Origin: Callorhinchus milii | Taxonomy: Eukaryota | Reading direction: 5' to 3' | Assembly: GCF_018977255.1 (NCBI RefSeq) | Contig: NW_024704755.1 | Location: forward strand, 62,001-126,000 | DNA length: 64,000 nucleotides | In this document: one piece after another, positions 63,786 to 64,000 of the stretch | Numbering within the stretch: the first letter of the stretch is position 1 | Layout: every line of letters begins with the position of its first letter | Made by a program: the position numbers and the translations under genes | Notes under the pieces: model-generated | What the model saw: the letters and a program-made list of their open reading frames with translations, nothing else | Told to the model about the DNA's origin: nothing | The model's database searches: none

Positions 63786-64000
63786 ATATTGACCCGCACA
63801 TACCGGACTTGTGTCTCACAATCACTCTTCACTGAAACACTGAGGAAAACACATTAAAACATTCACAGCCGCAGAATAAAACTGCGCCGCCACTCATTGG
63901 CGCACTCCTCGTTCACCTCAATCTCACTGTCAGAGTTAAAATGAATCCTTTATTATACTGTAAGTTGCTGTAATGTTCTGAGACCCTCTCTCCTGGTGTT

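Overview
Eukaryotic (vertebrate) genomic DNA with N-gaps. The repeats (tRNA-derived SINEs sharing an L2-type 3' tail, Deu-domain SINEs, L2/CR1 LINEs, Penelope remnants) suggest a cartilaginous fish, probably a holocephalan; this is inference. Seven intron-containing genes were reconstructed exon by exon with GT-AG boundaries and consistent phase: VPS4A (-, 5' part only), SNTB2 (-), UTP4/CIRH1A (-), CHTF8 (+), HAS3 (-), TANGO6 (-) and FBXO31 (-). The first six keep the human 16q22.1 order, but FBXO31 sits where CDH1/CDH3 lie in human. Most long ORFs in the supplied track are artefacts of minisatellites or LINE fragments. The most unusual observations are: (i) most CpG-rich gene starts carry their own tandem array of a recognisable cis-element (15 CCAAT boxes at SNTB2, about 25 GC boxes at TANGO6, 11 MRE-core motifs in FBXO31 intron 1), and three genes have a minisatellite starting right after the first coding donor; (ii) a perfect 58-bp inverted repeat brackets the VPS4A first exon and promoter; (iii) a 266-bp unrecognised insertion with a 6-bp target duplication and an open frame; (iv) no DERPC ORF after CHTF8; (v) degenerate hammerhead-like motifs. 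None of these is shown to be functional from sequence alone.
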